From Candidatus Hermodarchaeota archaeon (GTDB taxonomy: Archaea; Asgardarchaeota; Hermodarchaeia; Hermodarchaeales; Hermodarchaeaceae): a DNA stretch of 64,000 nt. Below are positions 8,954 through 17,910 of this stretch, one piece after another; within the stretch, counting starts at the first letter, position 1; each line of letters starts with the position of its first letter. The position numbers were made by a program, and so were the translations under genes. The notes under the pieces were generated by a model that saw nothing but the letters and a program-made list of their open reading frames with translations, ran no database searches and had not been told where the DNA came from. The stretch lies in NCBI GenBank assembly GCA_016839805.1, contig JAEOTO010000031.1, positions 32,001 to 96,000 on the forward strand. Reading direction: 5' to 3'.

Positions 8954-9901
8954 ATGGAACCAAGTACACTTCTTCCACTGGATGGGCTCACCGAAGGTTA
9001 TGGTCTTCGTGATGATGCCCTTGATCAAATGCTAATGACCTCCGAATATCGTGAGGTGACGATTCAATATCGTTCAGCAATCAAGACTATTCAGGAAGCT
9101 TTTTGCAGCGATACACGAATCCGTGTAATTGCCTTTCCTCTCAATGACGACCAAGACCCGCTCTGGCCGCATATGGCATGGGTGCCGTTATGGTCGAACC
9201 GAGATACCTGCGTCCTCGTTGCTGATCCTTTAGAGCCTCCAAGCCGACACGACCTCGATTACCTTATTCCACAAGGATTTGCCCAACACGCTGCTCATGT
9301 AACCGAAGGATTTCCCTATTATTTACCAAACACCACACCGGAGATGCTTTGGCCTCAATATTTAGACTGTCATCCCATTCGGATATCTCCATTACATGTT
9401 TTGAATCCAAAGGTACCCCATCAGCCAGAAGAAAGCGAGCCCACAATGTTCGCATTAACTCTGGAAGCTATTCTCCGGTTACGAGCATTCATTGCGGACT
9501 ACTTGTTAATTGATCGTGGTTTTTCCACAGGTGTCGCATATCAACATGCTACCCTCCTCTATGAACTACCATTACCCGCATATTCCGATGCAGCAAACTC
9601 GCCTTGGCTTCTCTCCTTTCTCCTGATTGATGCCGCACGGGCAGCCGTTACCCTCGGGAAAACTAACTGTTTCACTTGGACTGGACTCCGGAACATGATT
9701 GACCAAGCACGGTGTCGACTTAGTGAACTTGATCATCTACTTGGAAACATCCAGCCAATGCCAACATTTACAAAACAATTTGACCAGATTCATCACTGCT
9801 TTACGACGTTGCATCCGTCTAGTTTGCGAGACTCCTCTGATACTAATCGGTTCATCTGCGAATTATTAGAGAAAGCAGATATCTATCAGGAAGAGCGTTA
9901 A
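8954..9901 (+). CDS. Hypothetical protein
   Basis: 315-aa ORF with ATG start and TATA-like TTTAATAA upstream; no recognised motif. Confidence 0.7.
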   Translation: MEPSTLLPLDGLTEGYGLRDDALDQMLMTSEYREVTIQYRSAIKTIQEAFCSDTRIRVIAFPLNDDQDPLWPHMAWVPLWSNRDTCVLVADPLEPPSRHDLDYLIPQGFAQHAAHVTEGFPYYLPNTTPEMLWPQYLDCHPIRISPLHVLNPKVPHQPEESEPTMFALTLEAILRLRAFIADYLLIDRGFSTGVAYQHATLLYELPLPAYSDAANSPWLLSFLLIDAARAAVTLGKTNCFTWTGLRNMIDQARCRLSELDHLLGNIQPMPTFTKQFDQIHHCFTTLHPSSLRDSSDTNRFICELLEKADIYQEER

Positions 9902-9960
9902 ATCGGATGAGCAACCAGTCACAAGATATAAAAACAGAGTAAAAACTGCACAGCATCTCG

Positions 9961-11529
9961 GTGACCGTGAACGCTGACTACTTTGACCTTCCACTTCTAA
10001 GGCCCCAAACAGTGAAGCGTCGTCTGTATCAGGAAGTAATTTTCGCCTCCGCCATCAACCAAAATACGTTAGTTGTTTTACCAACTGGATTGGGAAAAAC
10101 CATAATCGCAGTGGTTTTATGCGCATATCGTCTCGAAAAAGAGCCTATAGCAAAGGTTGTGATGTTAGCCCCTACACGACCTCTAGTGGGACAGCATCAT
10201 AAACGGTTTTCTGAGATGCTAATGATAATTCCCGAGAAGCTTCGCATGATTACAGGTAGAACACCTGTGAAACAACGGGCGAGGATATGGGAGAGGAGTA
10301 GTGTAATTTTCATGACCCCCCAAACCTTGCGAAATGATCTGGAACAGAATCGGTATTCTCTGAATGAGGTAGCGCTATTAATTTTCGATGAAGCGCACCG
10401 GGCGACTGGACGTTATGACTACATCGCACTAGCTGATTATTATCTTCGTCAACGAGATGATGGTCGAATTCTCGCTCTCACGGCTTCACCCAGAAAGGTG
10501 AGAGAACTAGGTGAGGCGTTGTATATCGAGAACATTGAAGTCCGAACAGAACAGAGCCCGGATTTAATTCCTTATATTCAACAGGTAGGCATCCATTATG
10601 TAATAGTAGATTTACCCCCCGAATATCAACAGATAGAAGCTTTACTTATACAGGGTACTCAAATGGCTGCCATACCCCTTATTGAATTGGGGCTAGTCAA
10701 ACCCAGCGAACTCAAGTTTCTCAGTCGACGTGATCTCCTCAAATATAGAATCTCTTTAGGACAACGAATTAAGTTTGGAGAGGGAACTTCTGAGCCACGT
10801 CTTTTTGATGCAATGCTTGGAATTGCCCTGATTCTCCGATTGTCGCATGCACGTGAAGTCCTCGAAACTCAGGGTGTACCACAACTCTTCGAATATTTTC
10901 GTGGAATTGAACGAAAAGCTCAAGATGAGAAGGCTCCAAAAAACGTTCACGTTCTCTTATCTAGCCCGTGGTATCATGAAGCCCGAAATCTCCTTGAAAC
11001 CTTGACACAACAAGGAGAAAATCATCCTAAACATCCTATTCTCCTTCGGATACTCCAAGAGCAGCTTCAACAGAAAGCTAATAGTCGTATTCTCGTATTT
11101 ACGCGATTTCGTGTCTCCGCAAAGATACTCACGAAGTATTTGAATGACCATGAAAAATTACGTGCTGCTCGATTTGTGGGTCAAACAAATATTCCTGGCG
11201 ATCGAGGCCTAAGTCAGAAAGAACAATTAGACCTTTTAGATGGCTTCCGAGCGAATACCTACAATGTGCTGGTTGCTACAAACGTGGGCGAAGAGGGATT
11301 AGATATCAGTGAGTGTAATCTTGTCGTCTTTTATGACAGTGTTCCGAGTGCAATTCGTCGAATTCAACGCGCAGGTCGTACAGGTCGACGGACACCGGGT
11401 CAGCTCATAGTCCTTATCACTAGAGGAACCCGTGATGAAAGTTACCATTACAGCAGCCTCCACAAAGAACGAAATATGCAATCAAAACTCATTCATTATT
11501 CGCGACGGTTACAAAATTCATCCAGATAG
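9961..11529 (+). CDS. hef: Hef/Mph1/FANCM-family SF2 helicase (helicase domain only)
   Basis: RLYQ, LPTGLGKT, APTRPLV, DEAHRATG, LTASP, FVGQ, ATNVGEEGLDI, QRAGRTGR. Confidence 0.9.
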   Translation: MTVNADYFDLPLLRPQTVKRRLYQEVIFASAINQNTLVVLPTGLGKTIIAVVLCAYRLEKEPIAKVVMLAPTRPLVGQHHKRFSEMLMIIPEKLRMITGRTPVKQRARIWERSSVIFMTPQTLRNDLEQNRYSLNEVALLIFDEAHRATGRYDYIALADYYLRQRDDGRILALTASPRKVRELGEALYIENIEVRTEQSPDLIPYIQQVGIHYVIVDLPPEYQQIEALLIQGTQMAAIPLIELGLVKPSELKFLSRRDLLKYRISLGQRIKFGEGTSEPRLFDAMLGIALILRLSHAREVLETQGVPQLFEYFRGIERKAQDEKAPKNVHVLLSSPWYHEARNLLETLTQQGENHPKHPILLRILQEQLQQKANSRILVFTRFRVSAKILTKYLNDHEKLRAARFVGQTNIPGDRGLSQKEQLDLLDGFRANTYNVLVATNVGEEGLDISECNLVVFYDSVPSAIRRIQRAGRTGRRTPGQLIVLITRGTRDESYHYSSLHKERNMQSKLIHYSRRLQNSSR

Positions 11530-11594
11530 TAGTTTAAATGCTTAAAAGTCGAAACGGATAACAGATACCCTAACATCCCCCCTGGTGGCATGAT

Positions 11595-12248
11595 ATGGCA
11601 TTCCCGTCCCCTGACCCTCTATGGATATTAGAACTTGTAAAAGTCATCATTCTATTCGCGTTAGGTTTACTCCTCCTCATCCGATGGAGCCGTGCCGAAC
11701 GCCGTTTCTATACGGATATCCCCTTCCTTTTCGCTCTAGGATTCTTCATCCTTGCCGGTGCTGAATCAGTTGATGTGTTAATTCACTCAGGGTTATTACC
11801 CCCGTTTGATCTCTTCACATATAAAATCCGAGCCGCCTTTACCGCTATCAGTCTTGGTTTCTTTCTATATCCCACACTGCTCATTTGGATTAGTGAGCGT
11901 CGACGAATCAGGGATCTGATTCCAATCATCTACATAATCTCCGTTCTACTGATAATTCTCCTATCCCCCACAGAGCAGCTTTTGCGGCTCCTACTGATTC
12001 CCTTTATGTTAGTTGTGTATATTGGCTTTACAGTTTCTTTCTTCCTTGCATGGATGTGGAAGCGCCTCACTGAAGTCCATGGTTTACTTATCAGTCTAGG
12101 TGGAACAGTTACCATCCTCGGTCAAATTCTCAAGGTGTTCGTTCCACCTACACTAGTATGGGTTTCAGAGGTGGTTGAAATCCTTGGCCTGATAATTCTT
12201 TGGGGTGGTCTCAACATTAAGACTAAGACTGCTAAAGCGCCTTCGTAA
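11595..12248 (+). CDS. Compact 7-TM membrane protein, hypothetical
   Basis: Seven hydrophobic segments in 217 aa; GGTGG RBS. Confidence 0.75.
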   Translation: MAFPSPDPLWILELVKVIILFALGLLLLIRWSRAERRFYTDIPFLFALGFFILAGAESVDVLIHSGLLPPFDLFTYKIRAAFTAISLGFFLYPTLLIWISERRRIRDLIPIIYIISVLLIILLSPTEQLLRLLLIPFMLVVYIGFTVSFFLAWMWKRLTEVHGLLISLGGTVTILGQILKVFVPPTLVWVSEVVEILGLIILWGGLNIKTKTAKAPS

Positions 12249-12302
12249 TTACCTTAGAGAGACACGTAATAACTACGTACAGATTCCCATTGTCTTCATT
12301 AG

Positions 12303-13877
12303 CTAGGCAGCGGTTGCTGTTACTATTAGTAGCTGTTCTTGAGCTTGGTCAAAAGTTGTAATTCGTGGCATCTTTGTTTGCCCAATTGTACATTGCTGGG
12401 ATTGAAGCTTGTTAAACTCGTAATCATCAAAGCGACCTGAGGGAACGGGATGAATAACCGCAGGGCTAATTGTGCTTGCCGTACGAACCTCCCAATAAAG
12501 GCGATTAACCGCTTGGAGCGCTGAATCAAACCCTTTTGTAAATCCTTGTAAATCATGAGGTGCACGGCTAAATTCTACGAATAGATGATAACAAGCACCA
12601 GTAGAACCCACTTGGGGAGCAACAACGAAATCTCGGACTAACGCATCCTGTTCTTCACTTGTAATAGTAAGAGCAGCACTAATGTGTTGTTCAGAGACTT
12701 TTTCACCACTAAGATTTAGGATATTCGTGCTTTTGCCAAGGCACTGAAGGGTTAGTGGATTAAGGGATGAAAACATTACTACATCATGTAGGTCGTAACG
12801 CCACAAAGTACTGGGAGTTGACACGATGATACGATATGGTGTGTTTTTCTTAACTTCGATTAGAGGAATCGTTTCAACATCTGGGGGTAGCGGACCCTTC
12901 TGCATACTAGCAAATTCAAAAACTATGTCATCCAGCATTGGAACGACGCCAGCTAGATCTTCGTAGAGCTGAATTCCATAACAGGCCTCTGTACCGGCAT
13001 AGACCTCATGAATATGAACATCACCAGCAAGATCACAAATCATCGGTTCGTAAAGATCACGAACAACGCCTCCATGAAAAATCACTGAAAGCTTAGGCCA
13101 CAAAGCTCTGAGGTCAAGAGTATTTTCATCAGTGAGAGCCGCTTGGAGTCGATGTTGTGTCTTTGAAGAAAGTGTAGGATCATTCTTCAGCCAATCAATG
13201 GATTCATACTTGATTCGTCGAAGGAGTGCGAGTATGAAAGAAGTAATTCCACCACAAGCTGTGACTTTGGGAGTGTTAATGCCTTGACGAATCGTCTCGC
13301 GGAATTTAAGCTCCCAATCCTTGATATCAAAAACATCAGGACTAGGCACAACTTTGCTCTTGATGAGTCGGCTGCCTCCCTTCATCGCTTGACCAGTCCC
13401 ATAACCTACATCCCATTCGCCGATCTTAGTATAAACTGCAGGAGCGACCATGACTAAGATTTTACCATGCAGAAATGGCCGAATGTTAGCAGCGGCGGCA
13501 AATGACATGATACGCAACCGCTTGAGTGATTTCAGGCATGTCGCGGTTTGAGGAATAAGCTTGGGTTTACCTGTGCTACCACTTGTTGATAAGACAACTT
13601 GGATGGGTTCGGGATACAAAGAATTATTGATTCCCTCTAATTCCTGCTGAATATAGGGTTGCAGATCTGAATATTGATTGATTGGGATGTGATCCACAAA
13701 TTCTTCATAACATCCAATGTCACTAAATCGGTGGCGCTTACCATAAGTTGTTCCTTCAGCATAGCGGAGAAGTTCAAGAAGTCGTTGTTCTTGGGCAGCC
13801 ACAGGGTCCTCAACGGTCTTAAGAAATGGTTTGAGCTTCATTCGATAGAGAATTTTGGATGCAAGTGACCAAATCAT
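12303..13877 (-). CDS. GH3-family acyl-acid amido synthetase-like protein
   Basis: QEQRLLELL, TSGSTGKPKLIP, EVYAGTE, FEF, LWRYDLHDVV, NLSGEK, GQTKMPR. Likely start ATG 13877 (GGAGA RBS). Confidence 0.88.
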   Translation of the reverse strand: MIWSLASKILYRMKLKPFLKTVEDPVAAQEQRLLELLRYAEGTTYGKRHRFSDIGCYEEFVDHIPINQYSDLQPYIQQELEGINNSLYPEPIQVVLSTSGSTGKPKLIPQTATCLKSLKRLRIMSFAAAANIRPFLHGKILVMVAPAVYTKIGEWDVGYGTGQAMKGGSRLIKSKVVPSPDVFDIKDWELKFRETIRQGINTPKVTACGGITSFILALLRRIKYESIDWLKNDPTLSSKTQHRLQAALTDENTLDLRALWPKLSVIFHGGVVRDLYEPMICDLAGDVHIHEVYAGTEACYGIQLYEDLAGVVPMLDDIVFEFASMQKGPLPPDVETIPLIEVKKNTPYRIIVSTPSTLWRYDLHDVVMFSSLNPLTLQCLGKSTNILNLSGEKVSEQHISAALTITSEEQDALVRDFVVAPQVGSTGACYHLFVEFSRAPHDLQGFTKGFDSALQAVNRLYWEVRTASTISPAVIHPVPSGRFDDYEFNKLQSQQCTIGQTKMPRITTFDQAQEQLLIVTATAA

Positions 13878-13911
13878 TTTTTTCTCTCCATTTTGTTTTA
13901 ATCTTCTTTTT

Positions 13912-14044
13912 GAATGAGAGCGGAACATTCGCTTCGTACCGTCTTCCAGTATGCCGGGTGTACCACATTCGCCTTGAGCTGCTGACACATCCAGAACTGG
14001 TGGGGCTCAGAGAACCCTTATGTCCGCGAGTTCTCGCTCTTTCC
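13912..14044 (-). ncRNA. Candidate structured non-coding RNA or 5' leader (~130 nt)
   Basis: Terminal stem AGAGCG(A)GAAC/GTTCCGCTCT with inner TCGC/GCGA, ACAT/ATGT, TGAGC/GCTCA and GTAC-CC/GGTAC pairings. TATA-like CGCTTAAAA at 14070-14078, about 30 nt upstream. Confidence 0.45.
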
Positions 14045-14520
14045 TGAAAATCCGACTAATTTGATCCTCTTTTAAGCGATACGGGGAGAGAGTAAGATTA
14101 ATCCAAAAGAGATCTCTGTTGAATGCATCGAAAAATGTACTGAGAAGCCGTTTCCAGCCTAGTAATCAATAATAGAATTCTTCCCGAAAAACTGAACTAG
14201 AGATAAAAAAAATCGATAGTTTTTTTAATTTCAGGAGTTTTTTGAGAATAAAATTTTCACTACTGCAATTTGATCTGGTTCTCAGCTACTTGAAGAGTAA
14301 AAATTAAGGTTAAACCACCCCTGAAGGGGGTTTGAGAGCGAATATTATCAATCTCGGGTTCGCATAGTTGCCCGTAACGCTTAAAAACTCATCAAAATCC
14401 GCGGGGAAATGGACACAACTCAACCCTCACCCAAGAATCCGAGGCGAGGAACAAATGGACCCAAGAGAACATGGACCAGGTGCCCCTCTTCCCTGTTAAA
14501 ATTTAATATGAATTAAAATC

Positions 14521-14556
14521 GAGGGATGTGCAATGCATTCTGACACTGCCTCCCTC
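14521..14556 (-). terminator. 3' hairpin downstream of the RimK-family gene
   Basis: GAGGGA/TCCCTC outer stem and GCAGTGT/GCATTGC inner stem (G-U compatible on minus strand), followed by AT-rich sequence. Confidence 0.4.
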
Positions 14557-14570
14557 TTTCCCCTTTTTAA

Positions 14571-15467
14571 TTAAGACTGCAGTTGATGAAAAATGTAATC
14601 CACGATTTCTTCTGCTGCATCCACTCCAGTTGCCTTCTGCAGTCCACTCCAGTTTGGCGCAGCGTTAATTTCATTAACAACATAGCCTTCATCGGATTCG
14701 AGAATATCAATACCAGCAAAATCCATTTTCATTGCCTTCGCAGCCTGTAAAGCAATCGACTCAAGATCCTTAGAGAGAGTACATTCCGTGGGCTTTCCAC
14801 CTCGCGAGATGTTGGTTTTCCAATCGCCAGGTTTTGCATACCGATACATTGCACCAATTATCCGCTCTCCTACTACGAATACACGAATATCACGACCAGG
14901 TGTTTCTATGAACTCCTGAATCAGGATGGTTTGGTTTGCGGTTTGTAATATCTTAAAAATACGAAAAGCCAAATCAGGTTCCTGTAGTCGAAAGATACCT
15001 TGCCCTTGAGATCCACGAAGAGGTTTCGATACGATGTCACTATAGCGTTTGGTTGCAGCGACAGCGACTGCTAGCCGCTCCGTGACGGTCGTCCGTGGAA
15101 TAGGAATCCCATGATGGGCAAGCCAAACCAGTGTTGCGAGTTTATCCTTTGCACGACGATGACTATAGGCCGAATTGAAAATCCGAACTCCCGAGAATTC
15201 AAGGGCCTCTAAAATCGAAATACGGCTAGTGATTTGATCTGTCGATCCACCACCGATACTTCGAAGAATAATCCCGTTAACATCAAGAGGACGTCGACGG
15301 GGTAGTAAGAATTGCACAGACTCTGAATTCATGTGAATGGAAAGATCCTTTAGACGAAATGTGATTACCTCACATTGCCTCGTTTCTAACGCCCGAGTTA
15401 ATCGTCGAACAGGCCAATTTGGACGCTCTCGACTCATTGCAATCCCGATTCGCATGGCATCGCACAT
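14571..15467 (-). CDS. RimK/MptN/CofF-family ATP-grasp alpha-L-glutamate ligase
   Basis: AKDK, IPIPRT, KPLRGSQGQG, QEFIE, DIRVFVVG, WKTNISRGG, GIDIL, NEINAAP. Confidence 0.9.
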   Translation of the reverse strand: MCDAMRIGIAMSRERPNWPVRRLTRALETRQCEVITFRLKDLSIHMNSESVQFLLPRRRPLDVNGIILRSIGGGSTDQITSRISILEALEFSGVRIFNSAYSHRRAKDKLATLVWLAHHGIPIPRTTVTERLAVAVAATKRYSDIVSKPLRGSQGQGIFRLQEPDLAFRIFKILQTANQTILIQEFIETPGRDIRVFVVGERIIGAMYRYAKPGDWKTNISRGGKPTECTLSKDLESIALQAAKAMKMDFAGIDILESDEGYVVNEINAAPNWSGLQKATGVDAAEEIVDYIFHQLQS

Positions 15468-15534
15468 CCATAGTAACTACTAGTGCTACTGTCGTTTGAC
15501 GCCATAACTTATAAGAACGGTGGACAGCGCTTCG

Positions 15535-16602
15535 CTAGACAGGTCGAGTACTTCGAATAAAGTGTTCGAATATTGTTTCACTTAATGAGAGAGGATAAGG
15601 TCGAGGAGGTGCTTTAAAGCCATAAGAACACACCGCATCAATTGGCCCAGCGAACCCACGGTCAATACCAATTTGCACACCACGGATAACATCTAAGAGA
15701 ATAGAGGTACTATTAGGTGCATCTTGGCTCACCAATCGAAGATCAATTTTGAAATCTGCATCACCGACATAGCGACCCTGTAGATAGAAATAACTTTCCC
15801 GGCGATTACCCAAGAAATAAACGTAATCAGTTGAGCCAGCTGTAACTGGTACTTCGTATGGGATTTCAGTAGAGACAATATTAGTTTTCATGGACCGTTT
15901 CTGATCCCGAGCACGATGAAGTGATTCTAAGGATTCTGTGCCTCCGCCGACATCCAGTTGATAACTTTCGATGATACGGACACCTCGTTTGACAAGAAAA
16001 TCAAGAAGTGCCCGATGGAGCGCAGTAGCTCCAATTTGGCTCATCAAATCATCACCGACAAGGGGAACTTTCCTGTCAGTAAACCGTTGTGCCCATTCTC
16101 GGTTGCATGCAAGAAAAACGGGAGAAGTGTTGATATAACCACACCCGGCTTTCAAAGCCTCCTCCGCATAAAACAAAGTAGCGTCATTCGCTCCACTTGG
16201 TAATAATCCCACAAGAATCTGGGCTCCGCTTTCTTCAAGTTGTTTAGCCACATCTGCTGGTTTGGCATCACTCTCTTCCACTAGCTCATTGAGTTCAGTG
16301 GGAATCCCATCCAATGTAGGTCCACGTTGAACCATAATTTTCGTGATGGGCATTTCGGTGAATTTGGGGGCATTATTAGGTTTGGCAAATATCGCCTTGC
16401 TAAGATCTTGACCCACCTTTTGCTTGTTTACATCGAAGGCAGCAACGATTTCAATATCACTCACTGCATAGTTTCCCAACATTGGATGGGCAAGACCAGC
16501 ACCTTCGCCAACATCGGTCAGATTACCATAATGATGAAGGGTTTGCACTAAACTACTCGCGCAATTGCCAACGCCGGCAAGGGCAACTTTGATTTTTTTC
16601 AA
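15535..16602 (-). CDS. ino1: myo-inositol-1-phosphate synthase-like protein (divergent active site)
   Basis: GVGNCASSLVQ, AAFDV, VGDD-x-x-SQIGAT, YQLDVGG, DAPNS, FKAPP. Confidence 0.8.
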   Translation of the reverse strand: MKKIKVALAGVGNCASSLVQTLHHYGNLTDVGEGAGLAHPMLGNYAVSDIEIVAAFDVNKQKVGQDLSKAIFAKPNNAPKFTEMPITKIMVQRGPTLDGIPTELNELVEESDAKPADVAKQLEESGAQILVGLLPSGANDATLFYAEEALKAGCGYINTSPVFLACNREWAQRFTDRKVPLVGDDLMSQIGATALHRALLDFLVKRGVRIIESYQLDVGGGTESLESLHRARDQKRSMKTNIVSTEIPYEVPVTAGSTDYVYFLGNRRESYFYLQGRYVGDADFKIDLRLVSQDAPNSTSILLDVIRGVQIGIDRGFAGPIDAVCSYGFKAPPRPYPLSLSETIFEHFIRSTRPV

Positions 16603-16767
16603 CAGAGACGCCTCCGTAATTATTTTATAGTCATGAAATAAGTAGCGGGTAAAGGGCGTTCATTCATAAACCCATTTAAGCGTTTCTCTTTACAAAGGCA
16701 AAACCTGTATAACATGACGGGGAGAGAATAAATGGCATAAAGGGAATGTATGTGGATGGTTGATATA

Positions 16768-17199
16768 ATGTCAGGACGTATCACTCCTTGTGTGGGTGCA
16801 GTAATTCTCGACAATCAGGAGCGAGTGCTTCTTGTGAAACATGTTCCAGAGAAAGGTGGGTTTTGGGCTGAGAAGTACATTTGTCCTGGGGGACGATTAG
16901 AGCCGGGTGAGGCTCTTGAGGAAGGCGTGCGACGTGAAATTTGGGAAGAGACAGGTCTAGAGATTAATATCGTGCGTTGGGTTCGACCAATGGAACGAGT
17001 CATTCGAGATGCGCAAGGAATTCTCTTAGATCATGTTCTTTACCTCGATGTAATTGCCAAAGTAAAGAAAGGAACCTTTCAACCAGCATCAGATGTAGGC
17101 TCGGGAGCTTGGTTTACCAAAAAAGAACTCCAAGAAATTGTGAATGAAATTCATGAGGATACCCAGGAACTTCTTCGAGAAGCAGGTTTACTAACCTAA
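16768..17199 (+). CDS. NUDIX hydrolase
   Basis: Nudix box GGRLEPGEALEEGVRREIWEETGL. Confidence 0.9.
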   Translation: MSGRITPCVGAVILDNQERVLLVKHVPEKGGFWAEKYICPGGRLEPGEALEEGVRREIWEETGLEINIVRWVRPMERVIRDAQGILLDHVLYLDVIAKVKKGTFQPASDVGSGAWFTKKELQEIVNEIHEDTQELLREAGLLT

Positions 17200-17211
17200 A
17201 CGAACCAAAGT

Positions 17212-17760
17212 TCATTTCAAATATTTTGGCAAATGTTCCTTGATTTCAGAGGGGCAACTAAGGATCGTCATGCCCGTCATTGCACGTAATCGTTCAACAT
17301 TCTCTAAGTCTACTTCTCGGGTGGCTAATTCTAATTTATCGCCACTAGGCAAAACTGTAGTTACTATCCCGGGTTTCTGATCCACAGGGTACACATAAAT
17401 TGGTACAGCTGTTTTCATAGCCTGAGCAACTGAATTAGTAATCAGCGTGTCGGCAATGCCATGGGCAATTTTCGCTACTGTGTTGGCAGTGGCTGGCATC
17501 ACCACCAAAAATTGGTAAACCTTGCGCTGGAGAGCACTCACGACAAAAGGAGTATTAGCATCAATCTCAGTTCGAATTTTCGAAGTAATGGATTTCAACT
17601 CATCCATCAGTTTATACCATTTTAGAACTTGCAAGCCAGCCTTTGAAACGAAAACCAGAACCGTCACATCATGTTCGGTCACAATTTCTTTCATAACCTG
17701 AACTGATTCGGGCATGAAATCACCAGCACCAGTAATCCCCCATGCAAATTTTACTGTCAA
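17212..17760 (-). CDS. afpA: Archaeoflavoprotein AfpA-family flavoprotein
   Basis: AWGITGAG, VLKWYKL, ANTPF, PATANTVAKIAHGIADTLITN, PVD. Confidence 0.85.
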   Translation of the reverse strand: MTVKFAWGITGAGDFMPESVQVMKEIVTEHDVTVLVFVSKAGLQVLKWYKLMDELKSITSKIRTEIDANTPFVVSALQRKVYQFLVVMPATANTVAKIAHGIADTLITNSVAQAMKTAVPIYVYPVDQKPGIVTTVLPSGDKLELATREVDLENVERLRAMTGMTILSCPSEIKEHLPKYLK

Positions 17761-17910
17761 CCAAGTTGCCTCCTAGCTTAATGAGTAACATGAACTTAAC
17801 AGCTTATTTTGATTATGTCTTGTCCTAGATGACCTTTGCATATTATCTTGATACTTGATAATTGATAAGGTTGAAAAAACAGGTTCACTGAGTAGTGATA
17901 GGTGAAAGTA

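Noticed and set aside
13878-13988. 37-aa N-terminal extension of GH3 in the ORF track
   Set aside because: ATG 13877 has a GGAGA RBS and matches the family start; the extension overlaps the candidate RNA.
14100-14310. AT-rich tract as a replication origin
   Set aside because: No repeated ORB motifs and no cdc6/orc1 in the window.
14309-14335. Hairpin AAACCACCCCTGAAGGGGGTTT resembling HEARO/IS200-605 ends
   Set aside because: Short, with no supporting scaffold or transposase nearby; insufficient evidence.
14401-14480. ATGGAC/ACCCAAGA repeats as a CRISPR-like array
   Set aside because: Repeats too short and irregular; no cas genes in the window.
14521-14556. Hairpin as SECIS or iron-responsive element
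   Set aside because: Lacks SECIS core motifs, the loop CAGAAT deviates from the IRE consensus, and no in-frame TGA gene is adjacent.
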